Of a DNA stretch of 64,000 bases, positions 37,252-47,011 are shown piece by piece. A program made the translations under genes and the position numbers. The stretch is from a virus (lineage: Duplodnaviria; Caudoviricetes), in IMG/VR virus record IMGVR_UViG_3300037471_001740, positions 18,940-82,939 of that record. One strand, given 5' to 3'. The notes beneath the pieces are model-generated. The model did no database searches, was not told the DNA's origin, and worked only from the letters and a program-made list of their open reading frames with translations. Positions within the stretch are counted from its first letter, which is position 1. Each line of letters opens with the position of its first letter.

Positions 37252-38705
37252 GCCTGACCATCCGGAATGAGTTTTGGCGTGTAGCCGATCAGTTCGCAGT
37301 CGCCCTGGAACGTCATCAGCCCGCGGTGATAACGGTCGGATACGTCAACATCGAACTTTCCGTCGGCGTAGGTCGAACTCACGCCGGGCGTGAATGTGCC
37401 GCCGAGCGTGTCGCGATGTTGCGTGGTCATCGTCGCCGACGACGGGTCTTGAGCACACCGCAGCCGCACGTATTGCAGCAGCGAATATTCTTCGTCGTCG
37501 CCGAAATCGCCCGTCATCAGGCTCGATTGCCCCGCGGAGCCGGTCAGCGTCTGGATCGTGTGCGTGGTGTCGATGATCGACGGCTGCAGCGCGACGCTCG
37601 TCCAGAAAGGCGAATCCCACGGCACCTGTGGCAGGTCTTGCCATTCGTTCGCGAGAGAGCCGAGACCGGTCCACGTGATCTGGCCGTTGATGAAATCGAC
37701 CGCACACTCGATCGCACGGTTCGCGCGGCCCCAACGAGCCGTCTTGTAGTTGTAGACGACAGCGCTGTCGATCGCGCCATCGCTCTGATTGCTGACGTAG
37801 TACCAGTAGACAAGACTGTTGCTGCGATCGTGTACGCTGCGCACAACCTGCGTGTATTTCGGGTTCTGGTTGCGGAAGAACCAGTTTTTGATCTGATCTC
37901 CGATCGGCACCGGGCGCGTGCCGTCGAAGACATAAAAGTTGTCGTTGCCCAGGAACAGATGCGCGGTTCCGATGGAAACGACAGCCTCCTGACACGGTGC
38001 GCCGATCTGGTTCGAGATCACATTGAATGCCCAGATGATCGGCGGTCCCTGATACGTGCCGTAGTACATCGAGGTCTCTTTGTAGACAACGATGTCGGGC
38101 CCGAGCGCGCGGCCGGCGCGAATATCACCAGGCGTGTCGACGATACGGCCATTCGCACATTGCGTGGCCTCACTGGGCGTCCACACCGTATGATCGTAGA
38201 GACCGCTGTTCCACCATCCATCCGGGCGCACGCCATATGTCGGGTCGCTGGTATCGAACAGGAAAACGAAGCCGGCGACAACTTCGACGATGGCTGCTTT
38301 CGGCGCGCCTGCGATGTCAGCGAATACACCCGTCTGGCTCGCCTGCAACACATCAGCGTTGTTCGTCGCGAGCGTTTCGTTACCGAACTGCGCGAATCTC
38401 CATGTTCCACCAACCGGCGTCGTGTACGGCCCGCTCGCTCGCGTGACGTCGTTCCATGCGCCCGAGCCTTCCTCGTACAGCTTTGTCGTCGTGCCGACGA
38501 TGAGCCGCTTCGTGTTGTCGAGCTTTACGAGCGTCGATCCACCTAGCGCAGCGGACGAAAGAGCAGGCATGCCAGCACTCACTGGCGATGCAGCCGCGCG
38601 CATGCCGCGAATCGAAGGAATGAGCGCAGCGCAATCCAGAATGACGCCGGGCGTCGTGGGGTCCAGATCGGGCGCGAAGCCGATGAATGCCTGTCCGCCA
38701 GCCAT
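37248..38705 (-). CDS. Tail hub/DNA stabilization protein (P22 gp10-like)
   Basis: 485 aa beta-propeller-like, synteny. Confidence 0.7.
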   Translation of the reverse strand: MAGGQAFIGFAPDLDPTTPGVILDCAALIPSIRGMRAAASPVSAGMPALSSAALGGSTLVKLDNTKRLIVGTTTKLYEEGSGAWNDVTRASGPYTTPVGGTWRFAQFGNETLATNNADVLQASQTGVFADIAGAPKAAIVEVVAGFVFLFDTSDPTYGVRPDGWWNSGLYDHTVWTPSEATQCANGRIVDTPGDIRAGRALGPDIVVYKETSMYYGTYQGPPIIWAFNVISNQIGAPCQEAVVSIGTAHLFLGNDNFYVFDGTRPVPIGDQIKNWFFRNQNPKYTQVVRSVHDRSNSLVYWYYVSNQSDGAIDSAVVYNYKTARWGRANRAIECAVDFINGQITWTGLGSLANEWQDLPQVPWDSPFWTSVALQPSIIDTTHTIQTLTGSAGQSSLMTGDFGDDEEYSLLQYVRLRCAQDPSSATMTTQHRDTLGGTFTPGVSSTYADGKFDVDVSDRYHRGLMTFQGDCELIGYTPKLIPDGQA

Positions 38706-38706
38706 G

Positions 38707-39300
38707 TCAGCCGTTCTTCATCGTGAGCGCCGAGCCGGAATACTGGCTCGACTGGTCGTTGTCTTCGAGATCCTGCAGCGCCGTGGTAAGCGCAGCGGTC
38801 CAGACAGCAATGCGGTCATCGTTCTTGATATACGGCTCGGCCTCGAGCAGCGACGCATATAGATAGACGTCTGGAGCGTCTTCGAGCAGCCAGTTCGACG
38901 TGTTCGAATCGCTCAGCGCTTCGATCTGCTGGTAGTAGTGCAGCGTGAACTTCGTCACACTGTCGACAGCAGTAAGCAGCCAGATACGATTGCCGGCGAT
39001 CGTGTATTCGTTGCCGTACCCGCGATCTTCCATCCACTGCTCAGCGGAATCCTCCGAGCGGAAATCCAGCTTCTGATCGCCATACGTGAGGCGAATCGCT
39101 TCGTTATAGTCACCCGGCAGAGTGACGAACTGTTGCGTCGGCGTGACCGTGTACCAAGTGCGCATCTGTCGCACGCGGATCTTCCGGTTCAGACGCGCTT
39201 CGGCGAGCGCAATGAAATCGGGCGCTGCGTCGGACAGGTTGTTGCGCTTCAGCCAGCGCGCGACGGACGCTTGAAGGTCGGCATACGAAGAGAACGGCAT
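38707..39300 (-). CDS. Head-tail adaptor protein
   Basis: FIALAEARLNRKIR, NWLLEDAPDVYLYASL. Confidence 0.75.
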   Translation of the reverse strand: MPFSSYADLQASVARWLKRNNLSDAAPDFIALAEARLNRKIRVRQMRTWYTVTPTQQFVTLPGDYNEAIRLTYGDQKLDFRSEDSAEQWMEDRGYGNEYTIAGNRIWLLTAVDSVTKFTLHYYQQIEALSDSNTSNWLLEDAPDVYLYASLLEAEPYIKNDDRIAVWTAALTTALQDLEDNDQSSQYSGSALTMKNG

Positions 39301-39593
39301 TAGACGCGGCCCTCCCAGACACGGAACGCAGCCAGCGCAGAATCGTTAAGCATTGCCTTCGCGTGCTCGGGGTTCGACATCCACTCGTCGAACGTGATGC
39401 CCTTCTCGTTGCAGTAGCGTTCGACAACGACCATAGGGAAGCGGGCCGCATGCCGCATTTCCTTGTCGCCGTGCAGGCCTTCGTTACGCAACGCGGTCGC
39501 ATGGTCGACGAGCGAATCGCAATCCTGAACGCGCTCGACGATGGACGTGTCCGTGTCCTGCTGATAGTGGAAGCGCGTGAATACCCGGCTCAT
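39300..39593 (-). CDS. Hypothetical virion-module protein
   Basis: 97 aa from ATG 39593. Confidence 0.6.
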   Translation of the reverse strand: MSRVFTRFHYQQDTDTSIVERVQDCDSLVDHATALRNEGLHGDKEMRHAARFPMVVVERYCNEKGITFDEWMSNPEHAKAMLNDSALAAFRVWEGRV

Positions 39594-39594
39594 A

Positions 39595-39891
39595 TCAGCT
39601 GTCCTCAAGCGGGCTGACCTGAACAACACCGGCAGCGGCAACCTGAATCGCCGCGATCTTCGTGCAGCCAGCGACAGCGAGAATCACCGAGTCACCCGGC
39701 TGAACCATCAGATCACCTGCGGCAGCGACAGGCGTACCAGGCCCCACCTTCACGTAAGCGGCGACAGTCGCAGCGACGCGGACATATTTCGGCAGTGTGC
39801 CGTTCGACGTGTTCGGGATCGTTGCGTTGGCTGACGTCCCGCTGGTCGCGATCGTGATACCCGTCGCGAAAATCTGCATTGCCTTCGACAT
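39595..39891 (-). CDS. Small virion protein (possible decoration)
   Basis: 98 aa beta-rich, after capsid terminator. Confidence 0.6.
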   Translation of the reverse strand: MSKAMQIFATGITIATSGTSANATIPNTSNGTLPKYVRVAATVAAYVKVGPGTPVAAAGDLMVQPGDSVILAVAGCTKIAAIQVAAAGVVQVSPLEDS

Positions 39892-39904
39892 GGCTTCCCC
39901 AATG

Positions 39905-39932
39905 AAAAAGGGCGCTCCGAAGAGCGCCCTTT
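39905..39932 (-). terminator. Terminator after major capsid gene
   Basis: AAAGGGCGCTC/GAGCGCCCTTT stem. Confidence 0.8.
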
Positions 39933-39956
39933 GGCTACGCGGTTGCTACGTCGCGC

Positions 39957-40895
39957 TTACAGCAGATCGCGGATTGCGCCGCCCGACTTTTCCTGACCAG
40001 CCTCGAGCGTGTACTCGGTGATCAGCATGCGCTTTTCAGCGTCGCCGGTCTTCGCCAGCGGCACCGTGCGCATGGGGCGCAGGTACGACACCTTCCAGCG
40101 GCCCAGTTCGAGCACGAAGGCCGTGCGCGGACGCTGGAAGCGGTTCGGCACGGCCTTGATCGCGCCGAAGTCCGATTCGTACACGTCGATCGCTGCCGTC
40201 AGGTTGCGATCTTCGCCCTTGTCGAAACGGGTCGAGTTGCCGCTGAACGTCGAGAACGTCTGCTTCTGAGTGCCGCCAAGCATGATGACGTTCGGCTTGC
40301 CGCCCTGCGTCCACGCGAGCTGGATCACGTTCTTCAGCTGAGCTTCCGTGAAAGCGCGCTGCGTGCCGTCGGTCGGCGCGGTGTTCGTGTTGTAGTTCGG
40401 AGCAGCGCCGCCGGCGCCGAGGTCGTTGTTCGTCGCAACCCAGCCTTCGAGGCCGCGCAGCTGGCGAGCAACCGTCGACGAACCCGTAACCGTCGTCGTG
40501 TTCTGCGTCAACGCAAATTCCATGTCGCGCTTAAGCTCGAGGCCCTTCAGGCTGATCTGGTAGGCCAGTTCCTGCTTGCGACCCGCCGGGTCCATGCCGT
40601 CTTCCTGCGTGCCCGACACAATCACGGTCTTGCGTGAGATCTGCGTGCGGTTGTTCAGGCGGGCGGTAGGCGTAGTTGCGTCTGCGGTTGCGTCGTCGCC
40701 TTCGACCTGAGCGTTGTTGGCGGCAGCGGCGAGATCCTGCGTTTGCCACTCATGCAGGGTGCTCTTCGCCTTGTTCTTGCCGATGCCGCTCATAAACGGC
40801 ACGTCCGTCGGCGCGATCCGATAGATCACGTCGGTCAGATCTTCACGGTTGCCGACGGCTTGGTACGTCTGCAGGGTATTAGTCGGTGCGGACAT
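39957..40895 (-). CDS. Major capsid protein (DUF5309/SU10-like)
   Basis: GNREDLTDVI, HEWQTQDL, NRTQISRK, ELKRDME. Confidence 0.88.
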   Translation of the reverse strand: MSAPTNTLQTYQAVGNREDLTDVIYRIAPTDVPFMSGIGKNKAKSTLHEWQTQDLAAAANNAQVEGDDATADATTPTARLNNRTQISRKTVIVSGTQEDGMDPAGRKQELAYQISLKGLELKRDMEFALTQNTTTVTGSSTVARQLRGLEGWVATNNDLGAGGAAPNYNTNTAPTDGTQRAFTEAQLKNVIQLAWTQGGKPNVIMLGGTQKQTFSTFSGNSTRFDKGEDRNLTAAIDVYESDFGAIKAVPNRFQRPRTAFVLELGRWKVSYLRPMRTVPLAKTGDAEKRMLITEYTLEAGQEKSGGAIRDLL

Positions 40896-40909
40896 TTCGT
40901 ATTCCTATT

Positions 40910-41944
40910 TCAGAGGAATTGGAGGATTGCATCAGCCCCCGACTCCACCGTGCCAGTCTGAGCGTGGCGTTTGATCGCCGCCGTGCGGCCGTCGCCAGGC
41001 TGAACTCCGTTACCGGGTCGTTCAGTCTTCGGCGGCAGCTTCTGGACACGTTGTGTCACTTGGGACTGCTGCTGCATCATTCGGTCGTACAACATCGCCT
41101 TGCGAGCCACCAGAATCACGCGGTGGTCGACGATGCCGTTGCGCTCCTGATCGCCGAATCCCGCATCACGCAGGAAGGTGTCGATCGCGCCGGCTTCGTC
41201 TTTCGCCTTGGCGGCGTCTTTCCAATCCGGAAGAGCGCCGAGCAGCTTGCCCTGCTCTTCAGCCGCGTAGGTCTGTTGCCGCTGAGCGGCTTCGGCCTGT
41301 TGCTGCTGGCTCAAATGGTTCTGCACGGCCATTGCATGGTTGATCTGCGCGACGCGCTGATCCCACACATGCTTCTGGCGCACATACTCGGCCGGATCGG
41401 TTTGCAACAGGTGATCCCAGTTCGGCTGGTCCACCTGCAGGAGCTGCTGCAACTGCGGCACGAACACGTCGAGAACCTGCTTGAGCTGCGCTCGCTCCTG
41501 TTGGAGTGGAGTGCGCTCAGCTTCGGCCTGCTGCCGTGCCAGCGTCGCCTCCTTCAGGCGCGCTTCTGCCGCTTCGGCTTTCTGGACCGTCGCGATCATC
41601 TCGCTGCGCGTGAGGGTGCGCTCCTGACCATCAACCTTGATGACGTACGTTTCCTCGTTCGCCGGGTTCTGAGTTTGCGCGTCGGGATGGACATTGGTGT
41701 CGTCCGTCGGCGTCTCTTCACCGGTAGATTGAGAACCGTCGACCAGCTCGGTCAAATGGCTCATTACTTCATCGTCTTGCCCTGCGTCTTCGCCGCTGTT
41801 GGCAAAATCACCGCCGCCAGCACCGGAGCCATCTTCAACTGCGCGGAACATGAATGCGCCGAAGTATCGGGCGAGCAACTTGAAAATATTCACTTCCATC
41901 TCCTGCACAGAGTCGTCGCCCCGTAGGGTGGAGTCGTCCGGCAA
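40910..41944 (-). CDS. Scaffolding protein
   Basis: Acidic N-terminus, YVIKVDGQE, coiled coil, precedes capsid. Confidence 0.8.
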   Translation of the reverse strand: MPDDSTLRGDDSVQEMEVNIFKLLARYFGAFMFRAVEDGSGAGGGDFANSGEDAGQDDEVMSHLTELVDGSQSTGEETPTDDTNVHPDAQTQNPANEETYVIKVDGQERTLTRSEMIATVQKAEAAEARLKEATLARQQAEAERTPLQQERAQLKQVLDVFVPQLQQLLQVDQPNWDHLLQTDPAEYVRQKHVWDQRVAQINHAMAVQNHLSQQQQAEAAQRQQTYAAEEQGKLLGALPDWKDAAKAKDEAGAIDTFLRDAGFGDQERNGIVDHRVILVARKAMLYDRMMQQQSQVTQRVQKLPPKTERPGNGVQPGDGRTAAIKRHAQTGTVESGADAILQFL

Positions 41945-41954
41945 CGGTTAATAG

Positions 41955-41984
41955 AAAAGCCCGCGGGATCGCTCCACGCGGGCT
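41955..41984 (-). terminator. Terminator upstream of scaffold gene
   Basis: AGCCCGCG/CGCGGGCT stem plus U tract. Confidence 0.6.
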
Positions 41985-42166
41985 GACAGCAAAACTTGAT
42001 ACGAACTATTCGGCGTCCAGTTCGATGACTTCGCCGTTGTTGAACTGGTAGGCATGCGAGCCTTCTTCGACAGGCGCGCAACCGAACTCGCCATGCCACA
42101 GATCAGCAGCAGCGTCCGGATGCCATACACGAACGATCCTGCGATGCTTCTGTTCTTTCTCGACGC

Positions 42167-42493
42167 TCAGGAGGTGAAGTGCGAAAGCACCCCACCCATC
42201 TTTTCCTTGAGCCGTTCCATCCGGGTCTGCTCGTCGATCTGCAGGCGAGCCAACTTGCCCGTCTGCAACACCTGCGTCAGGTGCGATTCGAACTTTCCTA
42301 CCAGCGCGTGCAGTTGCCATAGCTTTTCGCGCCCCTCAGAATCCCGTGCCGGGCTGTTGGCCCATGCTTCCTTGAATTCCGACCGGAGGGTTTCCATCGC
42401 CTCCAGCAGTAACGGGTGCTCCAACAGGTCCTGCGCCTGCCGGCCCCTGTCCGCTTCCAATAGCAGGTTGGGCTGCTCCAGTTCCTGTTCCAT
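42167..42493 (-). CDS. Hypothetical protein downstream of portal
   Basis: 108 aa helical. Confidence 0.65.
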   Translation of the reverse strand: MEQELEQPNLLLEADRGRQAQDLLEHPLLLEAMETLRSEFKEAWANSPARDSEGREKLWQLHALVGKFESHLTQVLQTGKLARLQIDEQTRMERLKEKMGGVLSHFTS

Positions 42494-44609
42494 CCAGCAC
42501 TCCGCTTGTCGATTGATAGGTGCGCACGAACGTCACGCCTTCGAGCGCCGGGTGAATCCCGTACTTGAACATCATTTCCTCACGCTGGAGGGCAATGTTC
42601 GCGTCGAGCTCTGCCTGCTTGCGCGCGGCTTCAGCGGCGTTTTGCGCCAACGTGTTCTGCTGCTTTTGCTGCAATTCCTGCATGTCGTACTGGTGCTGCA
42701 TCTGGATCTTCACCAGTTCTGGGTCCGGCTTCGGCTGTTGAGGCGTCGCCGTCTTCGGGTCCGTAAAGAACTCGTCGGCGTTCTTGTAGCCGAGCGCGCC
42801 CGGGATCTTCTTCAGCGTGTTGTAGATGTTCCCGGGCGTCGCGACGCCGATCTGCAGTGCCTGCTGCTGCGCCTGGCCGAGGAACGTCAGATGCTGAATT
42901 ACCTGCGATTTGTCACCGGTACCGAGGCCGACGTTCACAACCATGTCGTACTCGTTCTTCCACGCACGCGGATCGACGTCGACCCACTTCTCACGCAGCT
43001 TGAGCGTCATCGCGCGGTCCTGGTACATGCTGAGCAGCTTCTGGATCATCCGGAACAGATCCTTCATGCCCGTCTCAGCCATCACACGTGCGATCAGCTT
43101 CACGCGCATGTCCGCGCGATTCGTGATGTTTTCGAGGCCGCCCTTCGTTTTGTTCAACGTGTCGGCGTCCGAGCCCTGCGTGTACTTCGTGATGCCCGTG
43201 CGGTCCTGCTTCGCGGCATCCGCGGCTTCGAGCGCCTGATACGCGCTGGCCGAGTCGGACAGACCCTGTTGCAGCGGCTGCACGGCGTCCAGCGTGTCCA
43301 TGCGGACAATGCCTCCAGGGCGGTTCGTCAGCAAGTCATCGAGATTGACCTTGCCGTTGAGCACCTTCGTGCGCGCGTTCAGCTGGAAATAGATGTTGTC
43401 GAGGATGCCGCGCCAGATTGCCGTCTTCGTGCGCTGCGCTTCCATCGACAGATCGGCCAGCGACAGGCCGAACAGACGATGCGGCAAACGGATCGGCGTC
43501 CACGTCACGAACGGAGGACCGTCACATTCCACGTTGTCCAGCGTCGTGTTGCCGACGCGCGTCACCTTGCGCCATTCAGCAATGCCGTCACCGTCATAGT
43601 CGACCTGCACATACATCTCGTTGACCCACACCATGCGCTGCGTCGGGTCGAGATTGTCGTCGCTATCGTTGCCACTCCAGGCGTAGTCGTCATCCCACGA
43701 CATGCGCTGGATGCGCTCGCCATTCAGGTCGCCGTCGCTGTCCGATGACAGGTTTTCGACGTTCTCATAGCCGCGAGCCGTCAGGTCAGAAAGCGTCGTT
43801 AGCTTCCGATGCCCGCATGGGCTATCGCCGATACGCTTGCATCGACGCGAAACGATGAACTCTTCGGGCGGCACGTTTTCGATGCACACGTGACCGTTCT
43901 TGCGCGTCCGCTTAAGTGTGAAGGCGTGCAGCGTCGGAATCTGCGACATGTCGGGCTGCTGCGGAGGCGGAGCATTGAACGGCTGACCCGCTGCCTGCGC
44001 CTGCGCTGCGGCCTGCTGATACTGTGCAACCTGCAACTCGTATTGCGCCTGCACGGCCTGTATCGCGTTCATGTCCGGATACTCGGTGTGCTCGATCGGC
44101 TCGACTTCCGGATCCTGGAGAATCATCGACATCTGGATCAACGTCTGATCGCGGTATTCCTCGCGCGTCTCGTCGGTTTTCGCTTCCCACCAGACCTTCA
44201 GGAAACCGTTCTTTTGCAGCAAGCCGTCCTTGAGCCAGTCGTACAGGATCGCCCAGCCCGGGTTCTGCTGATAGAACACGTAGTTGCACACGTCCGTCGT
44301 CTGCTCGGCGGCTTCTTCCTGATCCTCGCGGCGTTCCTTGAACTCGACGACGTTATCACCAGCCGTGAAGATCTCCATCAGCGCCGGCAGAACCCATTCG
44401 ATCGTGTCGGACACGTCCGTCGACACCACACGCGAGCGGCCCGGAATGTTGGGCGGTGCGAGATCCTCAACCGGCTCGCCGAGGTAGTAGTACTCCGACT
44501 TCCGGCGCATCTCCGAGAGCTTGCTGCCCGCGTACGCGACGGACTGGCGAATCTCGTTGTCAACGAGCGCACCCAGTTCGTCATCGGTCATTTTGGTCTT
44601 CGTGGCCAT
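42336..44609 (-). CDS. Portal protein (podoviral type)
   Basis: 757 aa, GRSRVVSTDV, DGLLQKNG, ENVPPEEF; C-terminal helical barrel-like region. Confidence 0.88.
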   Translation of the reverse strand: MATKTKMTDDELGALVDNEIRQSVAYAGSKLSEMRRKSEYYYLGEPVEDLAPPNIPGRSRVVSTDVSDTIEWVLPALMEIFTAGDNVVEFKERREDQEEAAEQTTDVCNYVFYQQNPGWAILYDWLKDGLLQKNGFLKVWWEAKTDETREEYRDQTLIQMSMILQDPEVEPIEHTEYPDMNAIQAVQAQYELQVAQYQQAAAQAQAAGQPFNAPPPQQPDMSQIPTLHAFTLKRTRKNGHVCIENVPPEEFIVSRRCKRIGDSPCGHRKLTTLSDLTARGYENVENLSSDSDGDLNGERIQRMSWDDDYAWSGNDSDDNLDPTQRMVWVNEMYVQVDYDGDGIAEWRKVTRVGNTTLDNVECDGPPFVTWTPIRLPHRLFGLSLADLSMEAQRTKTAIWRGILDNIYFQLNARTKVLNGKVNLDDLLTNRPGGIVRMDTLDAVQPLQQGLSDSASAYQALEAADAAKQDRTGITKYTQGSDADTLNKTKGGLENITNRADMRVKLIARVMAETGMKDLFRMIQKLLSMYQDRAMTLKLREKWVDVDPRAWKNEYDMVVNVGLGTGDKSQVIQHLTFLGQAQQQALQIGVATPGNIYNTLKKIPGALGYKNADEFFTDPKTATPQQPKPDPELVKIQMQHQYDMQELQQKQQNTLAQNAAEAARKQAELDANIALQREEMMFKYGIHPALEGVTFVRTYQSTSGVLDGTGTGAAQPAIGSGQGPAGAGPVGAPVTAGGDGNPPVGIQGSMGQQPGTGF

Positions 44610-45919
44610 TACGCGTGGTTCATGTCCGGATAGTTGATGGGTGCATATGCTTTAGGCTCTTCCCAGATCACGCAGCCAAGGCCGAAAGCATCGGCGCCGT
44701 GGCTTGCCCAATCGTGTTCAGGACCGAGCCCGATGTCCCGGTCCTTGTCGCGCTTTTCGTGGTACCAGCCCAATGCATCGCGTCCTGCTTCCGTCGTCTC
44801 GGCGTTAAACCGGATCTGCGGAAACAGCACGCGCGCGCGTTCAACACGCTGCATCGCTGCGCCCTTGCCCTGATTGGGAACGACAGTCACCGTATAACCA
44901 GCCGCCTTGAGCGCTGACTCGTACGAGACGTCATAGACCTTGTCCTGAGTCGCGCCGTCGTGCGGCAGCCAGAACTGCGCGCGATCGGGCGTGAAGCCTT
45001 TCAGGCGGCACCATGCCAGGTGTGCGTCAACAGGCTGGCCCTGGCTTTCGTAGTAATCGACCACGCGAATCTCGCGGCCAATAAACTGCATCGCCCAGAT
45101 CACGAATGAATCGGCCCGTGCGCCAGTTCCACCAATGTCGACAATGAGGCGGATCGTCATTAGCGGATCGGCAGGGAAGAAACCAATCCGGCCTTCGTCC
45201 CTCGCCTTCTGCAGGTGCGTGGCGAAGTACGCACCCTCAAGGGCCGTCACGTACCCGCCTTCCCAGATGTGGTCGCACTGTTCGGGACGCTCGTCGAGGT
45301 CGCGCGCCCGGTCGCGCTGCAATTTCCGTGGAAACTTCGGGTTGTCCCGCCAGTTCAACTGGACAACCTTGACGCGCGGGTCTTTGCTGAAGCGGAAGCG
45401 CTTCTCTACCGCTGCGGTCTTTCGCTTCGGGTTCCACGTGACCCACAACTCAGCGTTCCAGTCGTCGCCTTCTTCGCGCAGCGTCGGAATCAGCGTCGTC
45501 CAGGCTACATCCGTTACTGGCTCTGCCTCGTCGACCCAGCACAGCAGAATCCGCCCCTTCGACTTGACCGACGCGATGTTGCGATCGAGGCCAGCGAACG
45601 CGAATGAAATCCTACCGTCGCGGCTTTTGATGTACTTCTCGCCGATCTCGTAATACGCGGACAGAAACGGCTCTTCTTCAATCGCCCGCTTGCATTCCTC
45701 CAGAGAGGAATCCTCAAGCGAGTTCATGAACTGGCGAGCGCAAAGCAGAATGCCCGTGATGCCCGCGCTGCCGTACCGATACCCTTCTATGGCGGCCATC
45801 TTCGCGAAGCTGCGCGTCTTTGCCGAGCCTCGACCGCCGTAAGCACCGCGTACGTCGGCTTCCCCGATGAATACCGGGATCAGCTTGCGCGGAAGCTCAA
45901 TGCGCGCTGTTTCCAGCAT
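44609..45919 (-). CDS. terL: Terminase large subunit
   Basis: YGGRGSAKT Walker A, WVDEAE Walker B, LPHDG, SHGADAF. Confidence 0.92.
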   Translation of the reverse strand: MLETARIELPRKLIPVFIGEADVRGAYGGRGSAKTRSFAKMAAIEGYRYGSAGITGILLCARQFMNSLEDSSLEECKRAIEEEPFLSAYYEIGEKYIKSRDGRISFAFAGLDRNIASVKSKGRILLCWVDEAEPVTDVAWTTLIPTLREEGDDWNAELWVTWNPKRKTAAVEKRFRFSKDPRVKVVQLNWRDNPKFPRKLQRDRARDLDERPEQCDHIWEGGYVTALEGAYFATHLQKARDEGRIGFFPADPLMTIRLIVDIGGTGARADSFVIWAMQFIGREIRVVDYYESQGQPVDAHLAWCRLKGFTPDRAQFWLPHDGATQDKVYDVSYESALKAAGYTVTVVPNQGKGAAMQRVERARVLFPQIRFNAETTEAGRDALGWYHEKRDKDRDIGLGPEHDWASHGADAFGLGCVIWEEPKAYAPINYPDMNHA

Positions 45920-46493
45920 CGTCCATGGCTACCAGTTCAACGCGCTTCGGAGCAGCCGCGTCCTTCGGCTTGTTCAGTTCCTTGACGGCTTCCTTGTTCG
46001 CGTTCAGCAGATTCAGCGCGATTTCGCTCGACTCATTCGCCATCTTCGTCAGAATGGAGATGTCCTTGAGCGTGAGAATGTTCTCAGGCAAAGGCGCGCT
46101 ATCGTCGATCTCCGCAACCTTCATGTGCGCGATGCCGGACAAGCGATGAGCCGTCGCGGCGCCGTACTCGGCAGCCGATGCCAGATGACCGCTGATGTTC
46201 ACAAGCTTCTGCGCGAGGTCCGTCACGATCTGCTGGCGAGCCATCGGAAGTGCGGATATTTCCGCGGATATTTCACGGACGGCGTTGTCGGCCTGGATCT
46301 TGGCGTCTGCCAGTTCCCGCAAGGACTTCGCGGATTTTTCGGCTGCGGACTTTTGCGGATTTATGCGCCGACGAATGGCCGCTTCATCGACGCCGTACTC
46401 CTTCGCGAGAGACCTAACCGAATCACCATCGACAAGATGACGACGTTCGATTTCTACCCACTCTTCGGGGGTCAAAGAAGACTTGCGCCCCAT
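45897..46493 (-). CDS. Terminase small subunit-like HTH protein
   Basis: VRSLAKEYGVDEAAIRRR HTH, upstream of terL. Confidence 0.7.
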   Translation of the reverse strand: MGRKSSLTPEEWVEIERRHLVDGDSVRSLAKEYGVDEAAIRRRINPQKSAAEKSAKSLRELADAKIQADNAVREISAEISALPMARQQIVTDLAQKLVNISGHLASAAEYGAATAHRLSGIAHMKVAEIDDSAPLPENILTLKDISILTKMANESSEIALNLLNANKEAVKELNKPKDAAAPKRVELVAMDDAGNSAH

Positions 46494-46495
46494 AA

Positions 46496-46993
46496 CTATG
46501 CAACCCTGTCCCGGAGTGGAGCGATGATCGTCTGAAACTCAGCATACGTCGGCAGATGTGCGAATTCGACACCAGCCAAACGGCATGCAGACATCATCGT
46601 CACGCTCGCGTCGGGCGAAAGGGGCGCAGCGAGCACGCGTCGGATATAGACAGGCACGAACGCTTTGCCGAGCGCATCCTGCAGAAGCGTCGCGTACACG
46701 CAAAGTTGTCCGATTCCAGCCGCTACGTCGGATAGGCCTCGATCCGCTTTGGCCTCGACAATGGTCACGCCACCGTCAGCGTGAAACAGAAGCAAATCGA
46801 TTCGCCCACCTTTGACGGGAAACTCGAAACGATGTCGATCGATTTTCGGCAGACTCCATGCGGTTTCGAGATCCCCGAACTGGAGCATCAGCCGGACCAT
46901 TTCGATAGCCGCAGCCTCGCTGTCTTTCACGACGAGCAGGCGCTTGCCGATCATCTCCCACTGAGCATCGGTTAGCTTCGACGGGCGTCCCAT
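46496..46993 (-). CDS. PD-(D/E)xK nuclease-like protein
   Basis: RIDLLLFHADGGVTIVEAK...GIGQL..Y motif. Confidence 0.6.
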   Translation of the reverse strand: MGRPSKLTDAQWEMIGKRLLVVKDSEAAAIEMVRLMLQFGDLETAWSLPKIDRHRFEFPVKGGRIDLLLFHADGGVTIVEAKADRGLSDVAAGIGQLCVYATLLQDALGKAFVPVYIRRVLAAPLSPDASVTMMSACRLAGVEFAHLPTYAEFQTIIAPLRDRVA

Positions 46994-47011
46994 GGTGAGA
47001 ATATTCGGGAG

